Positions 30,010 to 38,783 of a DNA stretch of 64,000 nt are shown one piece after another. The stretch lies in the NCBI GenBank assembly GCA_963766425.1, contig CAVYAB010000033.1, positions 8,590 through 72,589 on the forward strand, given 5' to 3'. Both the position numbers and the translations under genes were made by a program. Numbering within the stretch: the first letter of the stretch is position 1; every line of letters starts with the position of its first letter. The notes below the pieces were generated by a model. That model was not told the DNA's origin. It saw only the letters and a program-made list of their open reading frames with translations, and searched no databases. The DNA comes from an uncultured Alphaproteobacteria bacterium (GTDB lineage: Bacteria > Pseudomonadota > Alphaproteobacteria > Rhizobiales > Aestuariivirgaceae).

Positions 30010-30941
30010 TGCAGATAAGTCGCCAGCATGATGACAAGAGGGATGGTAAAAAACGACACGGCTGTTTGCACCGCCACCGTTGTTGCCACCAACGGCGCAT
30101 CGCCGCCCATTTGCCGGGCCAGCACATAGGCGCTCATGGCGGTGGGAACCGAGGCGCAGATCATGCAAGCCATGAAAGCTGTCCCGCTAACCCCGGTAAC
30201 GAAGCTCCAGAAGATGACCAGAATTGGTGTTCCCAGCAGTTTTAGACCCGTGCCAAGCCACACGGCAGGCGAGGGCCGTGTGGCATCGCTGACATTGAGG
30301 CCAGCCCCCACCATCAAAAGCCCCGACCCAATAGCGGCAGCGCCAAGGCTGGAAAGGCTTGTCATGACAGGGGCATAAATTGGTATTCCGGCAAAATTGA
30401 TAAGCAGTCCCAGCGCTGTGGCCCAAATGAACGGATTGCGAAACACCACGTAAGCTATTTCCGGCAGCGTCAATTTCCGCGAACCCGCGTTTTGCGCCAC
30501 TACATAAACCGCCATGATGTTGGCAATCGGAACCAGCGCACCAATGATCACTGCAACCAATGCGACGCCCTCATCGCCATAGAGCTTGGCAAGCACCGGG
30601 AGCGCGATGAAACCATTCCAGCGCGTAGCCGATTGAAATACTGACGAATAGGATGGCCCGGAGAGTTCGAAAACTTGCATGATAAATCTGCGTGACACGA
30701 GAAGCACGATTGCCATGGTCATGAAACTGGCGATCATGGTGAAGGCAATGCCCGTGAGAGGCAGATTGGAAATGTCGGAACGGATCAGGGTTTCCATGAG
30801 CAGGGCGGGGAAGAAAACCCAGTAGCCAAGAAGTTCAAGCCCGCGCCACATGTCCTCCGGCACAATTTCACGCCAGCGCAGAACCAGCCCTAAGGCAATC
30901 AGCAGAAAAATCGGCAGCAAGGTTTCAAACGAAGCGCTCAT
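30006..30941 (-). CDS. AEC family transporter (tandem paralog)
   Basis: YWVFFPA, FQSATRWN, ARQMGGDA. Confidence 0.88.
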   Translation of the reverse strand: MSASFETLLPIFLLIALGLVLRWREIVPEDMWRGLELLGYWVFFPALLMETLIRSDISNLPLTGIAFTMIASFMTMAIVLLVSRRFIMQVFELSGPSYSSVFQSATRWNGFIALPVLAKLYGDEGVALVAVIIGALVPIANIMAVYVVAQNAGSRKLTLPEIAYVVFRNPFIWATALGLLINFAGIPIYAPVMTSLSSLGAAAIGSGLLMVGAGLNVSDATRPSPAVWLGTGLKLLGTPILVIFWSFVTGVSGTAFMACMICASVPTAMSAYVLARQMGGDAPLVATTVAVQTAVSFFTIPLVIMLATYLQ

Positions 30942-31408
30942 GCCAGCCTCAGGGCGTCCAGCGCCGCTTGCAGAATCCAGGCCGCCGCCAATTTATCGAC
31001 TACCTTGTCGCGCTTTGCCCGCGATGTGTCGGCGTCAATAAGCATGCGCTCGACCGCAGCCGTCGAAAGCCGTTCATCCCAAAAGACAATCGCAAGCGAC
31101 GTAAGCTTGGCAAGGTTGCGCGCAAAGGCCCGCGTTGCCTGCGCCCGTGGTCCTTCGGTGCCATCCATATTGATGGGCAATCCAACGACCAGAACACCCA
31201 CATTTTCCTTCGCCGCTATGGCAAGAAGCTCCGATGCATCCGGCGTAAACTTGGTTCGTGTGATGGTGGTAACCGGTGTCGCAATTTGCCGGGTGAGATC
31301 ACTTGTCGCAACGCCAATGGTCTTCGTGCCCAAATCCAGCCCCATCAGACGCGAAGTCTGGGGCAGTTCTTTCAAAGCGGACTGGAGGGCGAGAAGATGG
31401 GTGGACAT
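30938..31408 (-). CDS. ruvX: RuvX/YqgF pre-16S rRNA nuclease
   Basis: GLDLGTKTIGVA, WDERLST, DKLAAAWILQ. Confidence 0.95.
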   Translation of the reverse strand: MSTHLLALQSALKELPQTSRLMGLDLGTKTIGVATSDLTRQIATPVTTITRTKFTPDASELLAIAAKENVGVLVVGLPINMDGTEGPRAQATRAFARNLAKLTSLAIVFWDERLSTAAVERMLIDADTSRAKRDKVVDKLAAAWILQAALDALRLA

Positions 31409-31487
31409 GGGCTTCTACTAGACGATTTGGCAAACAGGTAAAGCAGCGTTATTGCATAGGCCCACACTGATTGTAGGAAAGCCGGAA

Positions 31488-32186
31488 ATGGTAAAGAAAG
31501 TTGAGCGGCCCGTTGGCCCAGTTGTGGACCCGCTGCCTGTTGGCAATGTGCCGGACATGCGCCCCCTGCACGGGCGCTGGATGAGGCTTGACCACGTCTC
31601 TGCCGTCAAACATGCCGCCGATCTCTATTCCAGCTTTGATGGCAAGGACCCGGAAGGCCGTATCTGGACCTATCTGGGCTACGGCCCATTCGCCTCGCTT
31701 GAAGAATTCACCGAATGGGTAAAGGCCCGCGAAGCCGCGCGCGACCCATGGTTCTACGCCTTCGTCCGCAGGGACACGGGCAAAGCGGTGGGCATGGGTT
31801 CCTTCATGCGCAATGACGCCGCCAATGGCGTCATAGAAATTGGTCACATCTGGATGTCGCCGGCCTTGCAACAGACCCGCGAGGCCACCGAAACCATTTA
31901 CCTTATGATGCGTCACTGCTTTGATGATCTGGGCGTACGCCGCTTGGAATGGAAATGCGACTCGCTAAACGCCCCTTCGCGAAAGGCGGCGGACCGCTTT
32001 GGCTTCACCTTTGAAGGCATTTTCCGCCAGCACTACATCATCAAGGGCCGGAACCGGGACACAGCCTGGTACGCCATGCTAGATACGGATTGGCCCAAGG
32101 CGAGGGCCGCATTCGAGACCTGGCTCAAGGAAGACAATTTCGACGCAAATGGCCAGCAGAAAGCCAAGTTGCGGGTTCGCCCTTAG
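31488..32186 (+). CDS. GNAT (RimJ/RimL-like) acetyltransferase
   Basis: IEIGHIW, RRLEWKCDSLN, GFTFEGIFRQH, RNRDTAWY. Confidence 0.9.
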   Translation: MVKKVERPVGPVVDPLPVGNVPDMRPLHGRWMRLDHVSAVKHAADLYSSFDGKDPEGRIWTYLGYGPFASLEEFTEWVKAREAARDPWFYAFVRRDTGKAVGMGSFMRNDAANGVIEIGHIWMSPALQQTREATETIYLMMRHCFDDLGVRRLEWKCDSLNAPSRKAADRFGFTFEGIFRQHYIIKGRNRDTAWYAMLDTDWPKARAAFETWLKEDNFDANGQQKAKLRVRP

Positions 32187-32227
32187 GCTGCTAATCAGCC
32201 CGCAGAATTCTAACAGGACCCATTCTA

Positions 32228-32515
32228 ATGTCAGTTGATCAGGCCACCGTGCGGCGGGTTGCGAAACTTGCCCGCATCAAGGTGAAGGAAGAAAATGTTG
32301 AGCGCCTCGCCGGCGAGCTGAATTCCATTCTCCACTGGATTGAACAGTTGAACGAGGTGAACGTGGACGGCGTTGAGCCAATGACCTCGGTTGTGACCGT
32401 CAAAATGAAAAAGCGTGCCGATGTCGTGACTGACGGCAACTATCCCCATGACGTGGTGGAAAATGCTCCCGCCGCCGAAGATGATTATTTCCTCGTGCCC
32501 AAGGTGATTGAATGA
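32228..32515 (+). CDS. gatC: Glu/Asp-tRNA amidotransferase subunit C
   Basis: [10 protein letters not shown]...YFLVPKVIE; overlaps gatA start. Confidence 0.96.
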   Translation: MSVDQATVRRVAKLARIKVKEENVERLAGELNSILHWIEQLNEVNVDGVEPMTSVVTVKMKKRADVVTDGNYPHDVVENAPAAEDDYFLVPKVIE

Positions 32516-33978
32516 ACTCGTTAACATCACTCACCATCGCATCGGCCCGAGAAGGCCTGCGCAAAAAGGAATTCTCGGCCCTCGAACTGACCGAAGCCTA
32601 TATCGCGGCCATCGAAAAGGCCCGCATACTCAACGCCTACATTGTTGAAACACCGGACAAGGCCCGCGAGATGGCCAAGGCCTCAGATGCGAAACTCGCC
32701 AAGGGCGAGGGCGGAGCGCTGGAAGGAATTCCGCTCGGCATCAAGGATCTCTACGCCACCAAGGGCGTTCATACCCAGGCTTGCAGCCACATTCTGGACG
32801 GCTTCAAGCCCACCTATGAATCCACCGTCACCGCAAACCTCTGGCGTGATGGCGCGGTGATGCTGGGTAAGCTCAACATGGATGAGTTCGCCATGGGCTC
32901 CTCCAATGAGACGAGCTATTACGGCAACGTCATCAATCCCTGGCGGCGTAAGAATTCCAATGCCTCGCTCGTGCCTGGTGGTTCATCAGGCGGTTCGGCC
33001 TCCGCGGTTGCCGCCCATATCTGTGCTGCCGCAACGGCAACGGATACTGGCGGTTCCATTCGTCAGCCTGCAGCCTTCACCGGCACAGTTGGGATAAAGC
33101 CCACCTATGGCCGCTGCTCGCGCTGGGGCGTTGTGGCCTTCGCTTCAAGCCTCGATCAGGCAGGCCCCATCGCACGTGATGTGCGCGATGCCGCAATCAT
33201 GTTGAAATCCATGGCAAGTGTTGACCCCAAGGATACGACCTCGGTCGATCTTCCAGTGCCTGATTATGAAAAGGCAATTGGCAAATCCATCAAGGGCCTG
33301 CGCGTCGGCATTCCAAAGGAATACCACGCGGATGGCATGTCTTCCGAAATTGAAGTCCTGTGGAACAACGGCGCCCAGTGGCTAAAGGAGCAGGGCGCCG
33401 AGATCGTCGAAATTTCACTGCCCCACACAAAATATGCGCTGCCAGCTTATTATATCGTTGCCCCGGCTGAAGCCTCGTCAAACCTAGCCCGTTATGATGG
33501 CGTGCGCTATGGCTTGCGTGTTCCCGGCGATGACATCGTGGACATGTACGAGAATTCGCGCGCTGCCGGTTTCGGCCCGGAAGTGCAGCGCCGCATCATG
33601 ATAGGCACATATGTTCTCTCCGCTGGCTACTACGATGCCTATTATGTCCGCGCCCAGAAAATCCGTACACTGATCAAACGCGACTTCGAACAGGCCTGGT
33701 CCAAGGTGGATGTGGTCCTCACACCCGCAACCCCGAGCCCTGCCTTCGCGCCCGGAGAAATCAGCGACCCCGTGCAGATGTACTTGAATGACATTTTTAC
33801 CGTGACAGTAAACATGGCGGGTCTTCCTGGCATTGCAGTTCCCGCCGGGGTTTCAAATGACGGTCTGCCGCTCGGTCTTCAGCTCATTGGCAAAGCCTTT
33901 GATGAAGAGACCTTGTTCAAGGCAGCCGCCGCCATAGAGCAGGTGGCAGGCGGATACATAGCTCCAAAGTGGTGGTAA
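32512..33978 (+). CDS. gatA: Glu/Asp-tRNA amidotransferase subunit A
   Basis: [31 protein letters not shown]. Confidence 0.97.
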   Translation: MNSLTSLTIASAREGLRKKEFSALELTEAYIAAIEKARILNAYIVETPDKAREMAKASDAKLAKGEGGALEGIPLGIKDLYATKGVHTQACSHILDGFKPTYESTVTANLWRDGAVMLGKLNMDEFAMGSSNETSYYGNVINPWRRKNSNASLVPGGSSGGSASAVAAHICAAATATDTGGSIRQPAAFTGTVGIKPTYGRCSRWGVVAFASSLDQAGPIARDVRDAAIMLKSMASVDPKDTTSVDLPVPDYEKAIGKSIKGLRVGIPKEYHADGMSSEIEVLWNNGAQWLKEQGAEIVEISLPHTKYALPAYYIVAPAEASSNLARYDGVRYGLRVPGDDIVDMYENSRAAGFGPEVQRRIMIGTYVLSAGYYDAYYVRAQKIRTLIKRDFEQAWSKVDVVLTPATPSPAFAPGEISDPVQMYLNDIFTVTVNMAGLPGIAVPAGVSNDGLPLGLQLIGKAFDEETLFKAAAAIEQVAGGYIAPKWW

Positions 33979-34000
33979 AAACATAATCCTGATACCTGCG

Positions 34001-34015
34001 TTAACTATTTGTTAA
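34001..34015. promoter_or_regulatory. CtrA-binding site
   Basis: TTAA-ctatttg-TTAA upstream of 34068 gene. Confidence 0.65.
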
Positions 34016-34067
34016 TTATGTTTCCCCGGCCAGCCGATTTTCATTTATTTGAATCCCAGGCAACAAA

Positions 34068-34703
34068 ATGTGGTTCTGGGGCGGTATGGGGTTTCGGTCA
34101 GTAGCAATTTCTAGTGCGATTGCGTTTTTGTGCATCGCAACCAATGCTTCGGCCTTTGACGGCGCTGCAAAGTATGCCGCACCTGAATATGGCAAGACAC
34201 TGCCGCCCGTAGGTTTTGTGAAATTCTGCGCAAAAAATCCTGAAGATTGTAAGACGCGCGGCCTAGCGCAGCAGCTTGTTTCCATGTCGACTGAGCGCTG
34301 GGATCAACTTTACCAGACCAACACCTATGTGAACAATAGGATTGCCCCAATGAGCGACCAGGACCTCTATGGCAAAGCCGAATATTGGACTTATCCAACC
34401 GATGCTGGCGACTGCGAAGACTACGTGCTGCTCAAGAAACGCTATCTTGAAAAACTGGGATTTTCAGCAGAGGCCTTGCTCATTACCGTTGTTCTGGATG
34501 AGAAGGGCGAAGGCCATGCTGTACTCACAATCGCCACTGATGCGGGCGACTATACCTTGGACAACCGTGTGGATGATGTTTTGCGCTGGGACAGTTCCCC
34601 TTACAAATTCCTGAAACGCCAATCGCACGACAACCCCATGCAATGGGTTGCCTTGATAAAGCAGCCAACCTCCAACAGCGGCTTTGTTGCCACCGGCGAT
34701 TGA
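34068..34703 (+). CDS. Transglutaminase-like cysteine peptidase (BTLCP/C93), secreted
   Basis: GDCEDYVLLK, GHAVL, LDN; signal peptide (start may be 34086). Confidence 0.9.
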   Translation: MWFWGGMGFRSVAISSAIAFLCIATNASAFDGAAKYAAPEYGKTLPPVGFVKFCAKNPEDCKTRGLAQQLVSMSTERWDQLYQTNTYVNNRIAPMSDQDLYGKAEYWTYPTDAGDCEDYVLLKKRYLEKLGFSAEALLITVVLDEKGEGHAVLTIATDAGDYTLDNRVDDVLRWDSSPYKFLKRQSHDNPMQWVALIKQPTSNSGFVATGD

Positions 34704-34871
34704 TAGAGGACTATGCGTCTAAGATAGGCTTTTGAATGCCCCGCCAGCCGATTTCTGGTCCGCTGGGCAGTCAGACTGCTTCCAGAAGAAAATCCAGCGC
34801 TTGGCCGCCGCGGAGGCCGTAAAATTAATTTCAGCTTATAGTAGTATTGTCCCGCCAAGGCACACGCCATC

Positions 34872-34898
34872 AAAAACCCCGGAGGGTTTCTCCGGGGT
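34872..34898 (-). terminator. Intrinsic terminator after peroxiredoxin
   Basis: accccggag-ggttt-ctccggggt preceded by an A run (U tail on the minus strand). Confidence 0.75.
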
Positions 34899-34932
34899 AG
34901 GTTGGTGCAGGGGAGATAGGTCGTAAATCTCT

Positions 34933-35595
34933 TTATTTTCCCGGTTGCGGAACGAGCCGCAGATAAGGCTTCAATGTCTTCCAGCCGCCGGGGAATTTTT
35001 CTTTCGCCGCATCATCAGAAACAGATGCAAGAATGATCACATCCTCGCCCTGTTTCCAGTCGGCAGGCGTTGCCACGGATTTGGTTGCGGTCAACTGCAA
35101 TGAATCAATCACGCGCAGGATCTCGTGAAAATTGCGCCCCGTGCTCATGGGGTAGGTGAGGATCAGCTTGATCTTCTTGTCCGGCCCGATGATCAGCACA
35201 TTGCGCACCGTTTGATTGTCGGCCGCCGTGCGGCCTTTGGCATCTCCCGATGCATTGGGATGGATCATGCCATAGAGCTTGGCAACCGTGAGGTTGCTGT
35301 CGCCGATCATGGGGTAGTTCACCTGCGCGCCGGTCACATCCTTGATGTCGTTCTTCCAGCGCTGGTGGTCATCAACTGAATCCACCGAGATGCCAATCAG
35401 CTTCACGCCGCGCTTGTCAAATTCATGCTTCAGCTTCGCCATGGAGCCGAGCTCCGTGGTGCAAACGGGGGTAAAGTCCTTTGGGTGGGACACAAGAACC
35501 GCCCAGGAACCTTCGATATATTGGTGGAACTTGAGTTTGCCTTCCGTGGTGTCAGCTTCAAAGTCGGGAGCGATATCGCCAAGTTGCAGGGTCAT
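34933..35595 (-). CDS. 1-Cys peroxiredoxin (Prx6)
   Basis: HPKDFTPVCTTE, YPMSTGRNF. Confidence 0.95.
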   Translation of the reverse strand: MTLQLGDIAPDFEADTTEGKLKFHQYIEGSWAVLVSHPKDFTPVCTTELGSMAKLKHEFDKRGVKLIGISVDSVDDHQRWKNDIKDVTGAQVNYPMIGDSNLTVAKLYGMIHPNASGDAKGRTAADNQTVRNVLIIGPDKKIKLILTYPMSTGRNFHEILRVIDSLQLTATKSVATPADWKQGEDVIILASVSDDAAKEKFPGGWKTLKPYLRLVPQPGK

Positions 35596-35640
35596 GACAG
35601 CCTCTCTTTGTTGTTCTACGTTCTATATAGGCTATTTTTC

Positions 35641-35656
35641 GTTCGTAATAAAGAAC
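35641..35656. promoter_or_regulatory. GTTC-N8-GAAC operator
   Basis: gttcgtaataaagaac; near-identical to 41775-41790 and 48918-48933. Confidence 0.65.
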
Positions 35657-35740
35657 AAATTATTTGAAATCCGCTGCAAACCTGCTTTGTGGGAATCGCA
35701 ACACTTGCTCTAAATGAGCCACCAGATCGGAGGCCCCGCC

Positions 35741-36160
35741 ATGCGCTATATCCTTGCTTTCCCGGCAATTGCCCTAGTCATCATCGCATTCAACATCCTG
35801 GGCCTAGCGGGCCAGTGGATGGATTCCGAGTCTCTGGTTTGGGATGGCATGTTGCCGTCTGGCACCGAATTCTATTTGAAAGTCGGCGACTTTTTTGTCA
35901 TGGCGGGCCTTGTGGCCCTGTTCTTCGAAATCATCAAAGCGGCAAGGCTGGGCGCCGGCACCATCATCGATCACATGCTGTCAACCGTGACCTTCATCGT
36001 GGCACTCATCGAATTCCTGCTCGTGCCCTATTGCGCAACTGCATCCTTCTTTTTCCTCGTGATGATGTCGTTGATAGACGTTGTGGCCGGTTATTCCGTG
36101 TCAATTCTCGCGGCAAGGCGTGATTTTTCCGTGGGCCGAAATGATGGCGGCGGATTGTAG
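35741..36160 (+). CDS. Conserved-looking membrane protein
   Basis: GGAGG RBS; about 4 TM segments; IIDHMLS, DVVAGYSVSI. Confidence 0.75.
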   Translation: MRYILAFPAIALVIIAFNILGLAGQWMDSESLVWDGMLPSGTEFYLKVGDFFVMAGLVALFFEIIKAARLGAGTIIDHMLSTVTFIVALIEFLLVPYCATASFFFLVMMSLIDVVAGYSVSILAARRDFSVGRNDGGGL

Positions 36161-36163
36161 CGC

Positions 36164-36797
36164 ATGGCTTTTGATGCTGCCCTTGCGAGGGCAATTGGTC
36201 TGACGCGCGAGGAAACAGATATTTTCCGCAAGTTGAATACACCTGAAAAGATTCAGGACTTTCTCACCAGCGATACCGATCAATTTTGAACCCCAGGGCG
36301 ACACCTGCTATTCGGCGCGCCTTGCCCTGCAGATGAACCGTTGCCATTGCATCGAGGCCGCCTTCATCGCGGCCGGAGCGCTACTCCTCCACGGCGAGAA
36401 GGCGCTGCTCCTGGATTTTCAGGCCCATGGCGACGATGACCATGTGCTGGCGCTCTTCAAGAATGGCAAACACTGGGGCGCCATTTCCAAAAGCAATTCC
36501 ATCTGGCTGCGCTGGCGCGACCCTGTCTATGCCAGCCCCCGCGAACTCGCTATGAGTTACTTCCACGAATATGTAAATGAAACCCACAAAACTCTGCGCC
36601 GCATTTCCAAGCCTTTTGACATCGGAAAATACGATCCCGACTACTGGCTGACGTCACAGGAAAATTGCTGGTCCATGGCCCAGGAGATCGATGCAAGCCC
36701 CCATGTGGATCTGATATCGGAAGCCCAGGCCCGCAGGCTTAAGCTGCGCGACAGGTTCGAAATACACGCCAACACAATCAAGGAATTCAGGCGCTAG
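36164..36797 (+). CDS. Hypothetical protein, possibly transglutaminase-like; apparent frameshift ~36268
   Basis: LNTPEKIQDFL joins AIPINFE...HCIEAAF...DDHVLALFK...WGAISKSN...RDPVY. Confidence 0.7.
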
Positions 36798-38161
36798 GCG
36801 GCAACACTCGCGTCGAAGCGGGAAAGCCCTTTCTTCAGGGCTTCAAAACACATGGGGTCCGTTGCCTTGCCGACCTCTTCAGCAATGATTGCGAGAGCTT
36901 TCGAAACCGGCATAGCAGCGCGATACGGACGATCAGCGGTCAACGCATCGAAGATGTCGGCAACCGCCAGAATGCGCGATTCCAGAACAATTTCCTCACC
37001 CTTCAGACCCTTGGGATAGCCCTTGCCATCCAGCCTTTCATGGTGCGCGCTTGCAACGCTTGCAAGTTCCTGGAAGGCCGAAATCCGCGACAGGATTGTC
37101 TCAGTCAGTGCCGCGTGGTTCTTCATTTCCACCCATTCTTCGGCATCAAGCTTTCCCGGGTTGTCGAGAATTGTATTGCTCACCCCGAGTTTGCCAATGT
37201 CATGCAACAGGGCAGCGCGTTTCAGCCACCGGCGCCGTTCCGGCGCAAAGCCAAGTTCCGCAGCGATAAGATCTGCAAACAGCGTGACCCGCTCGCTGTG
37301 ACCCTTCGTAAAATGACTTTTCGAGTCGACGACTTCTGCAAATCCGCTCGCTATATCGTCGAGATAATCCTCATCAACCACGGCCACGCGCTCGACAGGT
37401 TCGATGTCGTAAATGATTTCGTGGAGGTCAGGATCATTCAGAGAGTCCCAAAATGATGGCCGCCCCGAAACCGAATGAAATATCGCGGCGAGTTCAGGGT
37501 CGAACCACGTTCCCGCGCGATTTTTGATTTCCTGCCGGGCAGCGTCCTCGCCATCTGCTTTCTGAAATACGTCAGCCACCTGGGCAATGAGCGCAATACG
37601 GGAATAAAGCGGAATGGCGCCACCAGCGATCCGATTTGGTTTGCCGCTGCCATCCCAATGTTCATCCAAATAGCCGATGCCCAGTGCCACGGCTTCGCTG
37701 AACCGCATCTTGCGCGCAATGTCTGCCCCGCGCTGGCATCGTGTTTGAATGAGCTCCGTGGAAATCTCGCCGCCATTTTGGAAAATGTTGATGATGGCGC
37801 GGAAGCGTTCGGCAAGGCCAGCCTTCAATCCTGTGTGGCTGAGCACAAAGCGCAGCGCCTGCGGCAGGCTGCCATCAATGAGCTTGAAATCCTTTTTGAA
37901 ATTGATGTCATTGACAAGATAGAGTTCACAGATGCGCGCCGCATTGCTGCTGCAGCCCAGGTCTTTCAGCAGGAGGGTGTAGTAGAGTTCCCACGTCTGC
38001 AGTTCATCAAGGTTTAGTTCCTCGGCGATTTGCAGGCCAATCCAGCAGCAGCGCAGGCAATGGCCTTCGGGTTGTCCTTCAGTGATGTCCAGCGCATGGC
38101 TAAGGGCACTCAGCAATTCGGCCAAACGGACTTCAGTAACTGGTGGGGCGAGGGGGCTCAT
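36794..38161 (-). CDS. HD-GYP domain phosphodiesterase (tandem HD domains)
   Basis: LLHDIGKLGV, HHERLDGKGYP, ADIFDALTADRPYR. Confidence 0.92.
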   Translation of the reverse strand: MSPLAPPVTEVRLAELLSALSHALDITEGQPEGHCLRCCWIGLQIAEELNLDELQTWELYYTLLLKDLGCSSNAARICELYLVNDINFKKDFKLIDGSLPQALRFVLSHTGLKAGLAERFRAIINIFQNGGEISTELIQTRCQRGADIARKMRFSEAVALGIGYLDEHWDGSGKPNRIAGGAIPLYSRIALIAQVADVFQKADGEDAARQEIKNRAGTWFDPELAAIFHSVSGRPSFWDSLNDPDLHEIIYDIEPVERVAVVDEDYLDDIASGFAEVVDSKSHFTKGHSERVTLFADLIAAELGFAPERRRWLKRAALLHDIGKLGVSNTILDNPGKLDAEEWVEMKNHAALTETILSRISAFQELASVASAHHERLDGKGYPKGLKGEEIVLESRILAVADIFDALTADRPYRAAMPVSKALAIIAEEVGKATDPMCFEALKKGLSRFDASVAA

Positions 38162-38268
38162 CGGCGTCCTGTTGCAAAGCGTAAACTAGAACAGCGCGCC
38201 ATTAACAAAGCATAAAACCAGCGATCACATTCGGTTTACGGTTGACCGCCGAGCCATACTCCTATATC

Positions 38269-38283
38269 CGAGTAAATTACTCA
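38269..38283. promoter_or_regulatory. Palindromic operator, IRO (RirA)-like
   Basis: cga-gtaaattac-tca, one mismatch to TGA-N9-TCA; inner palindrome gagtaa-a-ttactc. Confidence 0.35.
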
Positions 38284-38300
38284 AGAATAGGAATTGTAAC

Positions 38301-38782
38301 ATGGATCGCCAGACTTATCTCGACCGGAAAGGCGAACGCCTCGTTGTTCAGGGCTTTCGTCACTGGCTGTCCGGTTACGAGCTTGGCGAGTCGCCTGTTG
38401 GGAACAGGCCTGGTCATTATTCACCGATGAGTTGGGGGCAGTGAATGCCGGAGCGTTGGTTTCACATCTGCATTACTGGGTCAAAGCCATCCGAGAAAAA
38501 GCTGCGGAACCAGTCCGCTGCCTCACCTGCCAATGCCGCTATCTCTGCCGGGAAGAATGTCTCTGTGTCGGCATGATCGCCGCCCTCCAGCACGGCGATG
38601 AAGCAAGCGCCGCCCTATGTGCATGCACCCTTGTCGGTGGCAGAGCTGACGAAGTCATCGACACCGCGAGGCTATTTGCAACGCTCCTGATCGAGAACGG
38701 AGCGAGGCTTCTGGAAGTTCCGCCCCATGTTATCGTCAGCATTGTCTCGGGCGAAAGGGAAAAGTCGACGCTCCTTAATTGA
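38301..38782 (+). CDS. Cys-rich hypothetical protein, apparent frameshift ~38388
   Basis: MDRQTYLDRKGERLVVQGFRHWLSGYELG joins VACWEQAW...CLTCQCRYLCREECLC. Confidence 0.6.
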
Positions 38783-38783
38783 A

